A stretch of DNA of 64,000 bases from Nannocystis bainbridge (lineage in GTDB: Bacteria > Myxococcota_A > Polyangia > Nannocystales > Nannocystaceae): NCBI RefSeq assembly GCF_028368995.1, contig NZ_JAQNDL010000001.1, positions 896,001 through 960,000 of the forward strand. The letters run 5' to 3'. How positions within the stretch are numbered: position 1 is the first letter of the stretch; each line of letters opens with the position of its first letter. Under the pieces are notes generated by a model. That model saw only the letters and a program-made list of their open reading frames with translations, had not been told where the DNA came from and made no database searches. Positions 29,042-38,832 of the stretch are shown piece after piece. A program made the position numbers and the translations under genes.

Positions 29042-30006
29042 CCCGTCCCTGGCGCGCGGCGCTCGGCCTCTTTCTCGCGGCGTTGTTGTTCCTGTTCGTG
29101 GCGCCGCAGGCCGCCCGCGCCGACGTGAGCCGCCCGGTCGGGTGGTCGCTGGCGAGCGCGACGTCGCAGGTGCACGTCGGCCGCGTGACGCTGCGCTACG
29201 ACCCGCGCCTGCAGGACGAGGCGCTGGCGGTGGCCCGCGAGATCCCGCGAGCCTGGTCGGAGATCGAGCACGCGCTGGCCGGCGATCTCGAGGACGCCTT
29301 GACGATCCACTTCGTCGCCCACTCGGGCCGCATCGCCGAAGGCACCGGCATGCCGCAGTGGGCCGCCGGCGTCGCCCACCCGCCGACCGGCGAGATCGCG
29401 ATCGCGGCCCACGCCCCCGACGGCTCGCTGACCGACCTCGACGGCCTGCTGCGCCACGAGATGGCCCACGTCGCGCTGTTCCGGGCCACCGGCGGCGAGC
29501 CGCTGCCGCGGTGGTTCCACGAGGGCGTGGCCGAGAGCTTCGGCGAAGAGATCGATCTGATGCGCAGCCAGACGCTGGCCGGGGCGATCTTCGGCGCCGG
29601 CGTGCCGCGCCTCGAGCAGCTCGAGCAGAACTTCCGCAGCACCGACGCGATCACGGCCACGGTCAGCTACGCGGCCGCGCGAGACTTCGTCAACTTCCTC
29701 CGCTGGCACGACGAGAACGGCTCCGACATGCGGCAGGCGCTGGCGCAGATCAAGCAGGGCAAGGGCTTCGAGGCCGCGTTCCAGAGCGGCTTCGGTCGCT
29801 CGCTCGCCGAGCTCGACACCGACTGGCGCGGCGGCCTCACCGGTCGCTTCATGTGGTTCCCGATCGTCAGCGGCGACGGCCTGCCGATGGCGCTCGCGTT
29901 CCCGCTGGTGTTCGTCGCCGCGATCCGCCGCCGCCGCCACGTGCGTGAGGGCTGGGCCCGCCTCGAGGCCGAAGACGCCGCGCTGCGTGCGCCGGTCGCG
30001 GCCTGA
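29038..30006 (+). CDS. Peptidase MA-family zinc metalloprotease
   Basis: LRHEMAH (HExxH), PRWFHEGVAE, signal peptide, C-terminal TM. Confidence 0.85.
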   Translation: MTRPWRAALGLFLAALLFLFVAPQAARADVSRPVGWSLASATSQVHVGRVTLRYDPRLQDEALAVAREIPRAWSEIEHALAGDLEDALTIHFVAHSGRIAEGTGMPQWAAGVAHPPTGEIAIAAHAPDGSLTDLDGLLRHEMAHVALFRATGGEPLPRWFHEGVAESFGEEIDLMRSQTLAGAIFGAGVPRLEQLEQNFRSTDAITATVSYAAARDFVNFLRWHDENGSDMRQALAQIKQGKGFEAAFQSGFGRSLAELDTDWRGGLTGRFMWFPIVSGDGLPMALAFPLVFVAAIRRRRHVREGWARLEAEDAALRAPVAA

Positions 30007-30089
30007 TCGTCACCTGTCGCACCTGTCGCAGAGGACAGGTCATCCATGAGCCCTGGGCGCGCGCCGCGACGTGCGGTATATGCCCGGGC

Positions 30090-30704
30090 GTGCAGCGGAT
30101 CAGCGGAGGGAGCCTGCGCGGGCGGGTGTTGAAGTCGCTGCCGACTGTGCCCGGCTTGCGCCCGACCGGCGCGCGCGTGCGTGAGGCGATCTTCGACCGC
30201 CTGCAGCACGAATTGCGCGACGCAGTGGTGCTCGACCTGTTCGCCGGCTCGGGCGCGCTCGCCTTCGAGGCGCTGTCTCGCGGCGCCGCGCGGGCCACCC
30301 TCGTCGAGCGCAATCCTGCGGTCGCGCGCCACCTGCAGGCTCAGATCCGTGAGCTTGCGCTCGACGAGCGCGCGCGGCTGTGGCAAGGCGACGCGACGAC
30401 GTTCTTGCGCCGACATTCGCCGAGCGCGGCCGAGCTCGCGGGTCCTTACGACCTCGTGTTCGTCGACCCGCCGTACGACGACACCGAGGTCGTGCTCGCG
30501 GCGGTGCTGCCCGCGCTGGTCGCCGGTGGTTGGCTGGCTGAAAGCGCCGCGCTTGTATGCGAATATGACCGCGCTGGAGGCCGCAGGCCGCCCGCATGGC
30601 CGCAGGGGCTGGTCGTCGAGACGACCCGGCACTACGGCCAGACGGCGGTCGAGTTCCTCCGTCATACTAAGACGACGACCACGGGGGCCCCACAGCTGTG
30701 CTAA
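30090..30704 (+). CDS. rsmD: 16S rRNA (guanine966-N2)-methyltransferase
   Basis: LRPT..RVREAIF, LDLFAGSGAL.FEALSRGA, DPPY. Confidence 0.92.
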   Translation: MQRISGGSLRGRVLKSLPTVPGLRPTGARVREAIFDRLQHELRDAVVLDLFAGSGALAFEALSRGAARATLVERNPAVARHLQAQIRELALDERARLWQGDATTFLRRHSPSAAELAGPYDLVFVDPPYDDTEVVLAAVLPALVAGGWLAESAALVCEYDRAGGRRPPAWPQGLVVETTRHYGQTAVEFLRHTKTTTTGAPQLC

Positions 30705-31924
30705 GGCGCGAACTTGAGACCAATGCACGAGCCCAGGTGCTGAGCGAGTCGCCGACGTTGGCGATGTCGGCCCGCGCCAAGGAGCTCAAGGCCCAGGGCA
30801 AAGAGGTCCTCGACTTCAGCGCCGGTGAGCCCGACTTCCACCCGCCTGCCGGCGTCACCACGGCCGTCATCGAGTACCTGCGTACGCACCCGGTGCACTA
30901 CGCCCCGGTGCCTGGCCTGCCCGCCCTGCGCGACGCCGCAGCGGCCGAGTTCGCGCGCTACCACGGCCGCGACGTCGCCCGCAACGAGATCTTGGTGTCG
31001 TGCGGCGCCAAGCACAGCCTCGCCAACCTGTTCATGATCACGCTGTCGCCCGGCGACGAGGTCGTGATCCCCGCGCCGTACTGGGTCTCGTACGCCGACA
31101 TGGTGCGCCTCGGCGACGGCGTGCCGGTGATCGTGCCCACCAGCCGCGACGACGGCTGGCGCCTGCAGCCCGAGGCGCTCGCGGCGGCGCTGACCCCGAA
31201 GACGCGCTTCATCGTGCTCGGCAACCCGACCAACCCGACCGGCGCCGGCTACCCCGCGCCGCTGCTGCGGGCCCTCGGCGAGGTCATGGCGCGGGTCGCT
31301 CCGCGCTGCTGGTTGCTCGTCGACGACATCTACCGCCGCCTCGTGTACGGCGGCTTCGAGCACGTCAGCGCGGTCCGGACCCTCGCCGACGTCACCGAGC
31401 AGATCGTCCTCGTCGACGGCGTGTCCAAGAGCTACTCGATGACGGGCTACCGGATCGGCTTCATGCTGGCCCCGAGCAAGGTGGTGTCCGCGGCCTCGCG
31501 CCTGCAAGGCCACGTCACCTCCGGCGCGGCCACGGTGTCGCAGATCGCCGCCCTCGCCGCGATCACCGACCCGAGCTGCGAGGCCGCCGTGCAGGAGATG
31601 CACGCCGCCTTCACCCGCCGCCGCGAGTTCATGCTCGCCGGCCTCAAGGCCCTGCCCGGCCTCGACATCGTCGCCCCCGACGGCGCCTTCTACCTGTTCT
31701 GCGACGTCTCGCGCCACCTCGGCCCCGGCACCGCGTTCGCCGACGACATTGCCTTTGCGACATGGCTCTTGGAGCAGAAGCTGGTCGCCACCGTGCCGGG
31801 CACCGCGTTCGGCGCTCCGGGCCACCTGCGCGTGTCGTACGCCGCCGCCGAGCGGACCCTGCGCGACGGCCTGGAGCGGTTCGGCCAGGCCTTCGCCGAT
31901 CTTCCGCCGCCGCGCGCCGGCTGA
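30698..31924 (+). CDS. PLP-dependent aminotransferase class I (aspartate aminotransferase-like)
   Basis: GEPDF, GAKHSL, NPTNPTG, DDIY, SKSYSMTGYRIG, PDGAFY. Confidence 0.92.
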   Translation: MLRRELETNARAQVLSESPTLAMSARAKELKAQGKEVLDFSAGEPDFHPPAGVTTAVIEYLRTHPVHYAPVPGLPALRDAAAAEFARYHGRDVARNEILVSCGAKHSLANLFMITLSPGDEVVIPAPYWVSYADMVRLGDGVPVIVPTSRDDGWRLQPEALAAALTPKTRFIVLGNPTNPTGAGYPAPLLRALGEVMARVAPRCWLLVDDIYRRLVYGGFEHVSAVRTLADVTEQIVLVDGVSKSYSMTGYRIGFMLAPSKVVSAASRLQGHVTSGAATVSQIAALAAITDPSCEAAVQEMHAAFTRRREFMLAGLKALPGLDIVAPDGAFYLFCDVSRHLGPGTAFADDIAFATWLLEQKLVATVPGTAFGAPGHLRVSYAAAERTLRDGLERFGQAFADLPPPRAG

Positions 31925-31934
31925 CCGGCGCACT

Positions 31935-32136
31935 GCCTGTCTCTCGGGGCAGGTCTTCGCTCCGCGCCGCTGCGCGCTCCTATACGCCTGTCCTTCGGGC
32001 CAGGTCGTCGGCCTGCTGCCTGTCTCGGGGTCAGGTCCTCGGCCTGCTCCGCTGGACCCATGACCGCCTGTCCCTCGGGCCAGGTCGTCGAATTGCATCC
32101 GCTGCGCCCGTGTCCGCCTGTCTTTAAGGACAGATC
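31935..32136. repeat. Five ~25-bp GCCTGTC-N-GG(C/A)CAGGTC repeats with unique spacers
   Basis: Copies start at 31935, 31986, 32018, 32066 and 32116; each is a variant of the TGTCC-N4-GGACA motif. Confidence 0.75.
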
Positions 32137-32188
32137 ACATTTCGCGCCACCGCCCGTAACGTCGCCGGCCCGGCGGCGTAGACGCGCC

Positions 32189-32632
32189 ATGCCAGCCCGT
32201 CGCTCCGTCCTCGCGGGGTTCTCCGTCCTCGCAGCGTGCAGCAACCAGAACCCCGAGAGCGCCGAGGCGCTGTGGGACGAGCTGGAGTCCGCCGACTACC
32301 ACGCCTGGGCGCGCCCGCCGGGCTACGAGGCGCGCACTCCGAGCGCCACGGTCCACGGCGACGAGGTCGAGATCTTCATCAACGACGTGTTCGTCGAGGC
32401 GCTCGCGGGCGGCCCGCTCGCCGCCTGGCCCGACGGCGCGATCGTGGTCAAGGACGGCTTCACCGCCGGCGTCCCGCACATCGTGGTCGCCATGCAGAAG
32501 CGCGGTGACGCCTGGTTCTTCGCCGAGTACGAGACCGACGGCGAGGTCGTCTACTCGGGCGACCCGCACGCGTGCACCCGCTGCCACGACGACGGCGCCG
32601 ACGGCATCCTCGCGTTCGCCCTGCCGGATTGA
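32189..32632 (+). CDS. Cytochrome P460-family lipoprotein
   Basis: Lipobox LAAC; WPDGAIVVKD; MQK...W.FAEY; C-terminal CTRCH. Confidence 0.75.
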   Translation: MPARRSVLAGFSVLAACSNQNPESAEALWDELESADYHAWARPPGYEARTPSATVHGDEVEIFINDVFVEALAGGPLAAWPDGAIVVKDGFTAGVPHIVVAMQKRGDAWFFAEYETDGEVVYSGDPHACTRCHDDGADGILAFALPD

Positions 32633-32654
32633 CCTGCTGCTCCGCGCCGCGACG

Positions 32655-33581
32655 TCACGCCGGACGCCGCAGCGCCGGCGCCGAAGTCTTGAGCGCCGCC
32701 AGCAGGCCGCGCGCCGCCTCCTCGGCCTCGCGGCGCCACGCCATGCGCCACGGGCGGCGCAGCGGGCCCGAGGCCAGGCGCTTGACCACCAGATCGCCGC
32801 GCCCGAGGTGCGGCCCGGCCATCCACTCCGACAGCACCGCCACCCCCATGCCTGCGCGGGCGACGTCGAGGATCGCCTCGGTGAGCGGCAGCCGCTGCGC
32901 GCGGCGGGGCGGGCGGCCGCGGCCGAACACCCGCTGCAAGAACCACCGCGTCTCCGCCTCCGGCGTCTCGCTGGTGATCAGCCTCGCCTCCCGCAGATCG
33001 TCGCGTGACAGCGTCGGCTTGCGCGCCAGCGGGTGCGTCGGCGCGACCACGAACACGATCTCGTCGGCGAACAGCGGCTGCGTCCCGATCTCCCGCGGCA
33101 CCTCGCCAGTCGTCAGCAATGCCACGTCGAGCTTCCCGGCCACCAGCGCCTCGACCGGCGCGCGCGTATGCTCGACCGCCAGCGCGAACTCGAGGTTGGG
33201 CGAACGCGCGGCCAGCTGCGCCAGCGCCGACGGCAGCCAGTGATAGGCCGTGTAGCACTCGCACACCAGGCGCACGCGCGTCGGCCGGGTCGTCGGCGCC
33301 CGCACCTGCCGCTCGAGCTCGACCAGCTCGGCCAGCAGCTGCGTCGCCCCGCGCACCACCTGCTCGCCCGCCGCCGTCGCCTGCAGCCCCCGCGGCGAGC
33401 GCTCGAACAGTCGCGCCCCCAGCCGCGCCTCCGCGGCCAGCAGCGCCCGGCTGACCGCCGGCTGCGACAGGTGCAGCGCCCCGGCGGCCGCCGCCGTCGT
33501 GCCCGCCGCGGCCACGGCGAGGACCACCTGGAGGTCGCGCAGATCGAGCCGCGGGCGGGGAATGCTGGCAATGCGCGTCAC
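32655..33581 (-). CDS. LysR-family transcriptional regulator
   Basis: HTH GTTAAAAGALHLSQPAVSR..LFER; substrate-binding domain. Confidence 0.92.
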   Translation of the reverse strand: MTRIASIPRPRLDLRDLQVVLAVAAAGTTAAAAGALHLSQPAVSRALLAAEARLGARLFERSPRGLQATAAGEQVVRGATQLLAELVELERQVRAPTTRPTRVRLVCECYTAYHWLPSALAQLAARSPNLEFALAVEHTRAPVEALVAGKLDVALLTTGEVPREIGTQPLFADEIVFVVAPTHPLARKPTLSRDDLREARLITSETPEAETRWFLQRVFGRGRPPRRAQRLPLTEAILDVARAGMGVAVLSEWMAGPHLGRGDLVVKRLASGPLRRPWRMAWRREAEEAARGLLAALKTSAPALRRPA

Positions 33582-33616
33582 GCATCGATTCTATACCGAG
33601 GATGCGTTGGACGCAT
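33571..33616. promoter_or_regulatory. Two LysR-type T-N11-A boxes (ATGC-N7-GCAT)
   Basis: ATGCGCGTCACGCAT at 33571-33585 and ATGCGTTGGACGCAT at 33602-33616, at the divergent lysR/gst junction (the first box overlaps the lysR start). Confidence 0.6.
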
Positions 33617-33643
33617 GCGTCCGCGTGCGTCATCCTGCCCGCC

Positions 33644-34312
33644 ATGCAGCTCTACGGTCTCCCCCTCTCCTGCTCCCTGGCCACGCGCATCGCCCTGCTC
33701 GAGGCCGGCGCGCCGTTCGAGTACGTCGAGGTCGACGGCCCCACCAAGCGCACCCTGGGCGGCGCCGACTACCGCGAGATCCACCCGCTCGGGCTCGTCC
33801 CCGCGCTGCGCACCGACGACGGCCAGATCGTGATCGAGAACGCCGCCGTGCTGCAGTACGTCGCCGACCTCCTGCCGGCCGCCGAGCTGGCGCCGCCCGC
33901 CGGCAGCCTCGAGCGGGTGCGCCTGCAGCAGTGGCTGGGCTTCATCGGCACCGAGCTGCACAAGGGCCTGTTCGCGCCCCTGTTCGCGCCCGACGTGCCT
34001 GAGGCCGTCCGCGCTTACGCGCTCGCGAAGGGCACCTCGCGCCTCGACTACGTGGCGCGTCACCTCGAAGGGCGCGAGTTCTTGCTCGACCGCTTCAGCG
34101 TCGCCGACGCCTACCTCGTCACCGTGCTGGCGTGGACGCTCGTGACCCCGATCGACCTCAAGCAGTGGCCCTCGCTGGCCGCCTACGCCAGGCGCCTGCA
34201 CGCGCGACCGAGCGTCGCCGCCGCGTTCCACGCCGAGCGCAAGCTGTACACCGAGGAGCTCGCACGCCACGGCAAGCCGCTGCCCGCGGCCCTGCGCCCC
34301 CGCGCCGACTGA
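33644..34312 (+). CDS. Glutathione S-transferase (beta-class-like)
   Basis: SCSLA, HPLGLVPAL, ENAAVLQY, FIGTELHK, FSVADAYL. Confidence 0.92.
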   Translation: MQLYGLPLSCSLATRIALLEAGAPFEYVEVDGPTKRTLGGADYREIHPLGLVPALRTDDGQIVIENAAVLQYVADLLPAAELAPPAGSLERVRLQQWLGFIGTELHKGLFAPLFAPDVPEAVRAYALAKGTSRLDYVARHLEGREFLLDRFSVADAYLVTVLAWTLVTPIDLKQWPSLAAYARRLHARPSVAAAFHAERKLYTEELARHGKPLPAALRPRAD

Positions 34313-34566
34313 CGCGCAGCCGGCGGTCGGCGCACGGCGAGTCCGCCGCGCTCGTTCGCCCACGCGAGCCCGCTCGCTACGTGCCAGAGCTCGCCCGCGA
34401 TCGACCAAAAATGGCCCGAAGGACAGGTCGCGCCCGCGCCGCGATCGGTCGCGCCCGCTGTGTGCCCGCGACCGCGGTCGAGATCACGACGAGCGACAGC
34501 TTCACCAGCGCAGCCCCCCGGCGATCCCGCATGCGAGCCCCGCTGCGGTTCGCCTAGATTGGCGCG

Positions 34567-35991
34567 ATGACTCGCATCGCCTCCCTGCTCTCGACCACCT
34601 GTTTCGCGCTGTTCGCCTGCCAGGACCCCGGCAACGGGAGCACCGAGACCGAGGCGACGAGCGACCCCTCGACCTCCACGAGCACCGCCGGGCCCACCAC
34701 CGACGCTGCCACCACCGACGTCGCCACCACCGACGTCGCCACCACCGAACAGCCGACGACCGAGGCGAGCACCACGACCTCGACCACCGACGACACCACC
34801 ACGCAGGGCGTCGACACTACCACCATCACGACTGACGACACCACCACCACCACGACTGACGGCACCACCACCACCACCACCACCACGGACGGCACCACCA
34901 CCACCACGACTGGCGACACCACCACCACCACCACCACCGGCGACACCGACACCGAGACCACCGGTGAGCCCTCGCCGTGGGACGGCGAGCCGTTGCCGGA
35001 CGCGCCGGACGGCGAGTGGCAGTGGGTCCCGTTCCCCGAGTCGCAGTGCAGGGATGGCAGCAGCGCCGGCATCGCCGTGCGCTACGGCTCCGGGCCCGGC
35101 CTCATGATCTATTTCCAGAGCGGCGGCGCCTGCTTCAACGCCGCCACGTGCAACCAGAACGCCAAGAGCTTCGGCATGGCGAGCTACAACAACTTCGTCC
35201 AGAACGCCGGCGGCGCTGGCATCTTCGACGACGACGCGCCCGAGAACCCGGTCGGCGACTGGAGCGTCGTGTTCGTGCCCTACTGCACCGGCGACGTCCA
35301 CGCTGGCGCCCAGCCCGACGTCGAGATCGACGGCATCGCCGGCACCCAGCAGTTCGTCGGCTACACCAACGTCACCCACTACTTGAACCGCGTCGTCCCG
35401 ACCTTCCTCGGCACCGCCGAGCACGTCCTCGTCACCGGCGAGAGCGCCGGCGGCTTCGGCTCCGCCTTCAACTACGACCGCATCGTCGAGGCCTTCCCCG
35501 ACCGGCCCGTCACCCTCCTCGACGACTCCGGCCCCGTCATGTCCGACGCGTTCATGTCCCCCTGCCTGCAGCAGCACTGGCGCGACATCTGGAACTTCGA
35601 GGCCACCTTGCCCGCCGATTGCGCCGAGTGCTTCCAGCCGGATGGTGGCGGGATCTCCAACATCATCCCCTACCTCGCCGCCAAGCATAGCGACCAGCGC
35701 CTCGGCCTCGTCTCGTCGCTGCAGGACCAGACCATCCGCTACTTCTTCGGCTTCGGCCTCGACGACTGCGCCGGCGGCCAGATGAGCGGCGCCACCTTCA
35801 CGGCCGGCCTCGCCGACCTGCGCGACGACTGGATGGAGGATCCGGCCGGCACGTGGGGCGCGTTCTATCTGGCCGGAAGCCAGCACACCTGGCTGACGCC
35901 GAGCTTCTACTCGGCCCAGACCGACGGCGTCCTGCTGCGCGAATGGGTCGCCGACCTCCTCGCCGGCACCGCGACCAACGTCGCACCGTGA
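34567..35991 (+). CDS. Pectin-acetylesterase/Notum-family lipoprotein with poly-Thr stalk
   Basis: Lipobox LFAC; CRDGS; GGACF; VPYCTGDVH; GESAGG nucleophile; DSG; QHT. Confidence 0.85.
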   Translation: MTRIASLLSTTCFALFACQDPGNGSTETEATSDPSTSTSTAGPTTDAATTDVATTDVATTEQPTTEASTTTSTTDDTTTQGVDTTTITTDDTTTTTTDGTTTTTTTTDGTTTTTTGDTTTTTTTGDTDTETTGEPSPWDGEPLPDAPDGEWQWVPFPESQCRDGSSAGIAVRYGSGPGLMIYFQSGGACFNAATCNQNAKSFGMASYNNFVQNAGGAGIFDDDAPENPVGDWSVVFVPYCTGDVHAGAQPDVEIDGIAGTQQFVGYTNVTHYLNRVVPTFLGTAEHVLVTGESAGGFGSAFNYDRIVEAFPDRPVTLLDDSGPVMSDAFMSPCLQQHWRDIWNFEATLPADCAECFQPDGGGISNIIPYLAAKHSDQRLGLVSSLQDQTIRYFFGFGLDDCAGGQMSGATFTAGLADLRDDWMEDPAGTWGAFYLAGSQHTWLTPSFYSAQTDGVLLREWVADLLAGTATNVAP

Positions 35992-36031
35992 CCCTCCCGC
36001 GACGCGCGGCACAACCTCCATGTGCATCTTC

Positions 36032-36083
36032 GGACATGCTCCCATGGACATGTCCTGATGCGCATGTCTCCTGGAACATGTCC
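36032..36083. repeat. 14-bp-phased motif array
   Basis: CATG at 36035, 36049, 36063 and 36077; between convergent genes. Confidence 0.85.
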
Positions 36084-36111
36084 TAAACGCGCGCGTCCCT
36101 GACCCCTGCGC

Positions 36112-37023
36112 TCACGGGGACCGGTCGAGCTTGTCGAGCTCCGCGAGCACGTCCCTCCGCAGGCCATCGCTGGCGGCCTGCCAGCGCTCCAGCAGCGCGG
36201 CCCGGCCCGGCTCGCCGCGCATCCCGTGAAGCGCGTAGGCCAGCGCCCACGTGATGCTCTTGCGATCGTCGCGCCACTTCAGCGAGCCCGCGATGCGCTC
36301 GATCGACGCCAGCGCCGCCGGCGGATCGAAGCGCCCCAGCTCCTTGACCCGGAACGCCGCGGCCCGGCGGTCGCCCCGCTTGAAGTCGTCGGCGAGGGCA
36401 CGCTCGACCAGGCCGAGCTTCACCGCGCGGAACTCCGCCTCCGTCACCGTCGGGCTGGTCGCCGGCGGCTTCGCCAGGAGGGCCGCGAGGCCGCCGTCCT
36501 CGAGCCGCGCGAACTCCTCGCCCGTCAGCCAATCGACGTCGTCGATCAGCAGCAGCGGCGTGTCGATCAGGCGCGCATCGGCCTCGGTGACGAGACGGAC
36601 CCGCATCGACGTGGCCGGGCGGCGCAGACCGGCGACGAACGCGTCGTCGTCGAGCGACGCCTCCAGCCAGTCCCAGAACGCCTCCTCGTCGCCGCCCGGG
36701 CCCATCGCCAAGGCGTCGGGGCGCGCCTCCATCGCGGTGAACCACAGCTCGAGCTCGCGGCCATGAAACGCCAGCAGCGCCGCGTCCGTCGGGCTCGTCC
36801 CGTCGAGGTAAGGGCCGAAATCACCGAGCGGGACCGGCGGCCTGGCTGTGCCCGAGCACGCCCACGCGAGCGCCCGGGCCTTGGCGTCCGCGAGCTTCTC
36901 CGCGAACACGACCGCCGGCTCGGCGGCGTTCGGCGCCGACGGCCGGACCACGCGGACCAGCAATGCGATGGCGCCCGGTGTGGCGGCGGGAAAGAAATAG
37001 AAGCGATCGTGGGCGATGCCCAT
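36112..37023 (-). CDS. Hypothetical protein
   Basis: Long ORF with coding-like GC3 bias; helical C-terminus. Confidence 0.65.
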   Translation of the reverse strand: MGIAHDRFYFFPAATPGAIALLVRVVRPSAPNAAEPAVVFAEKLADAKARALAWACSGTARPPVPLGDFGPYLDGTSPTDAALLAFHGRELELWFTAMEARPDALAMGPGGDEEAFWDWLEASLDDDAFVAGLRRPATSMRVRLVTEADARLIDTPLLLIDDVDWLTGEEFARLEDGGLAALLAKPPATSPTVTEAEFRAVKLGLVERALADDFKRGDRRAAAFRVKELGRFDPPAALASIERIAGSLKWRDDRKSITWALAYALHGMRGEPGRAALLERWQAASDGLRRDVLAELDKLDRSP

Positions 37024-37215
37024 GCGCGACGGTGCCACGACCTCGCCGGCCGCGACAAGCACGAGCGACGCAGCGCCGCTCGCCTCACGCGAGCGAAGCC
37101 GAGGGCTTCCCGGCCGCCAACATGCGGCCGGGAGCCCCTCGTCCGCGCTGCCACGAATGCGCGGACGCTCATGCCGGCGCCTGACGCGAACGTCAGGCCC
37201 GGCATCCAGGCGACA

Positions 37216-38637
37216 TCACGCCGCCCAGAGCGACGCCTTGCAGCGCTCGAACATCGCCGTGGCGATCGCCGGCCCTGGCACGCCGCACAGGCGCGACACC
37301 TCGGCGTCGGGCTCGGTGGTCGCCAGTGCGACCGTCATGCGCGCCAGCTCGGCGGCCTCGGCCGCGCGCACCCGCTCACGGGCCGCCTCGTCGAGCTGAC
37401 CGTAAAGCCAGGTCGCGACGTCCCACGCCAGCGCCGCGTGGTCCAGCTCGTCCTCGGCGATGGCGGCGAACAGCCGGCGCAGCGGCTCGTCCGCGGCCAC
37501 CGACGCCTGGTAGCGGGCCACCAGCGCGCCGAACGTCTCGCGCACGCAGCCCTCGACCGCGTTCTCGAGCGCCAGCGCCTCGAGCGAGCGCACCTCCGTC
37601 GGCACCTCGATGGCCGGCGAACCGCAGTCGGTCGCCGCCAGCCGCTCGCGCAGGCCCGCGAACCCGGCCGCGTGGCGGACCTCGTCGCGCGCCGCAGCCT
37701 CGGCGCGCTCGATCAGCGCCGCCGGGGCGCCGTGATGCGCCAGCTCGCAGGCCAGGCGCTCGAACGCCGGCACGCTGGCCGCCTCGAGGTGGTGCATCTC
37801 GTCGAGGTAGGCCACGAGCGCGCTGTCGGGGGTGCGCGGCGCCGGGCGGAAGCCCTCGGGGCGGCGGCCCGCGACCGCGCAGCCGTCGTCCGGCTTGGTA
37901 AGGTCGACCTCGGCCTGCGACGTCACCGCATCGCCCTTCACCGTCACCAGGTGGCCGTGGAATTGATTGAGGCACTCGTTGAAGTTCTTCTTCGCCAGCA
38001 GCTCGTAGCCGCCCTCGACCTCGCGCACCTTGCTGGCGTCGCACAGCGGCGCGTAGCCGTCGAGCGTGGTCAGGAACATCGCCTCGACCGGCGCGTCGAC
38101 GGTGCCGAAGAGCGCCACCAGCTCGGCGCGGGTGGTGATCGTCGTGACGTCGGCGCCAGACTGGGCCACCAGGTACGTCGAGGTCGGCATGCGCCCGGCC
38201 CCCGGCGGGAACAACGAGTTGGGCGAGGTCGCCTTGGCGAGCGCCTTGGTGCACGCCTTGGCGGTCTTCGGATCTTTGCAGCTGGCGCCGAAGCTGGCCA
38301 CCACCTGCGAGTTGAGCACCTTCCATTGCTCGCCCTTGTCCGGCTGCAGCTGCGAGACCCGCAGCTCGACGTAATCATAGGACTTGGCGAGCTTGGCCTC
38401 GCCGAAGCGGGCGACCAGCGCGGCCGGATCGCAGGTGTCGCCCGCGAACTCGGCGACCGCCGGCCCGGACGGCTGCGCCGGCGCGGGCGGCTCGGCGGGC
38501 TCGGCAGGCGGCTCGGCGGGCGTGCTGCTGTCGGTCGGCGCCGGCTCGGGCGGGATTGTCGAATTCTTCTCGCAGGCGGCCGAAGCCAGAGCGGCGACGA
38601 TCGACGCGGTGAACACGGAATGGAGGCGGTCTCGCAT
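37216..38637 (-). CDS. Lipoprotein with C-terminal ferritin-like (di-iron) domain
   Basis: Lipobox SAAC; GRRP; LEAASVPAF; DEVRHA; ENAVEGCVRET; DELDHA. Confidence 0.8.
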   Translation of the reverse strand: MRDRLHSVFTASIVAALASAACEKNSTIPPEPAPTDSSTPAEPPAEPAEPPAPAQPSGPAVAEFAGDTCDPAALVARFGEAKLAKSYDYVELRVSQLQPDKGEQWKVLNSQVVASFGASCKDPKTAKACTKALAKATSPNSLFPPGAGRMPTSTYLVAQSGADVTTITTRAELVALFGTVDAPVEAMFLTTLDGYAPLCDASKVREVEGGYELLAKKNFNECLNQFHGHLVTVKGDAVTSQAEVDLTKPDDGCAVAGRRPEGFRPAPRTPDSALVAYLDEMHHLEAASVPAFERLACELAHHGAPAALIERAEAAARDEVRHAAGFAGLRERLAATDCGSPAIEVPTEVRSLEALALENAVEGCVRETFGALVARYQASVAADEPLRRLFAAIAEDELDHAALAWDVATWLYGQLDEAARERVRAAEAAELARMTVALATTEPDAEVSRLCGVPGPAIATAMFERCKASLWAA

Positions 38638-38832
38638 GTGCCGGCAGGATAGCCGGCTCCGCGAGACGCGGGGGACGATCTGCCCCGGGAGCGAGCGGCG
38701 GGCGCGAACTCGGCCGATCCGGGCGGGCGCTGGCCTGCATCGCCGCTGCCCGCGCTTATCGCGGGACATGTGCGAAAGAACAGGTCGTGGTGACCGATCC
38801 GCGCCGCGGGGACTCGCGGCCCCGACCGGGGC

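Noticed and set aside
31935-32136. Calling the repeat-spacer clusters CRISPR arrays
   Set aside because: The repeats are degenerate, spacer lengths are irregular, there is no leader or cas gene in the window, and the repeats derive from the dispersed motif.
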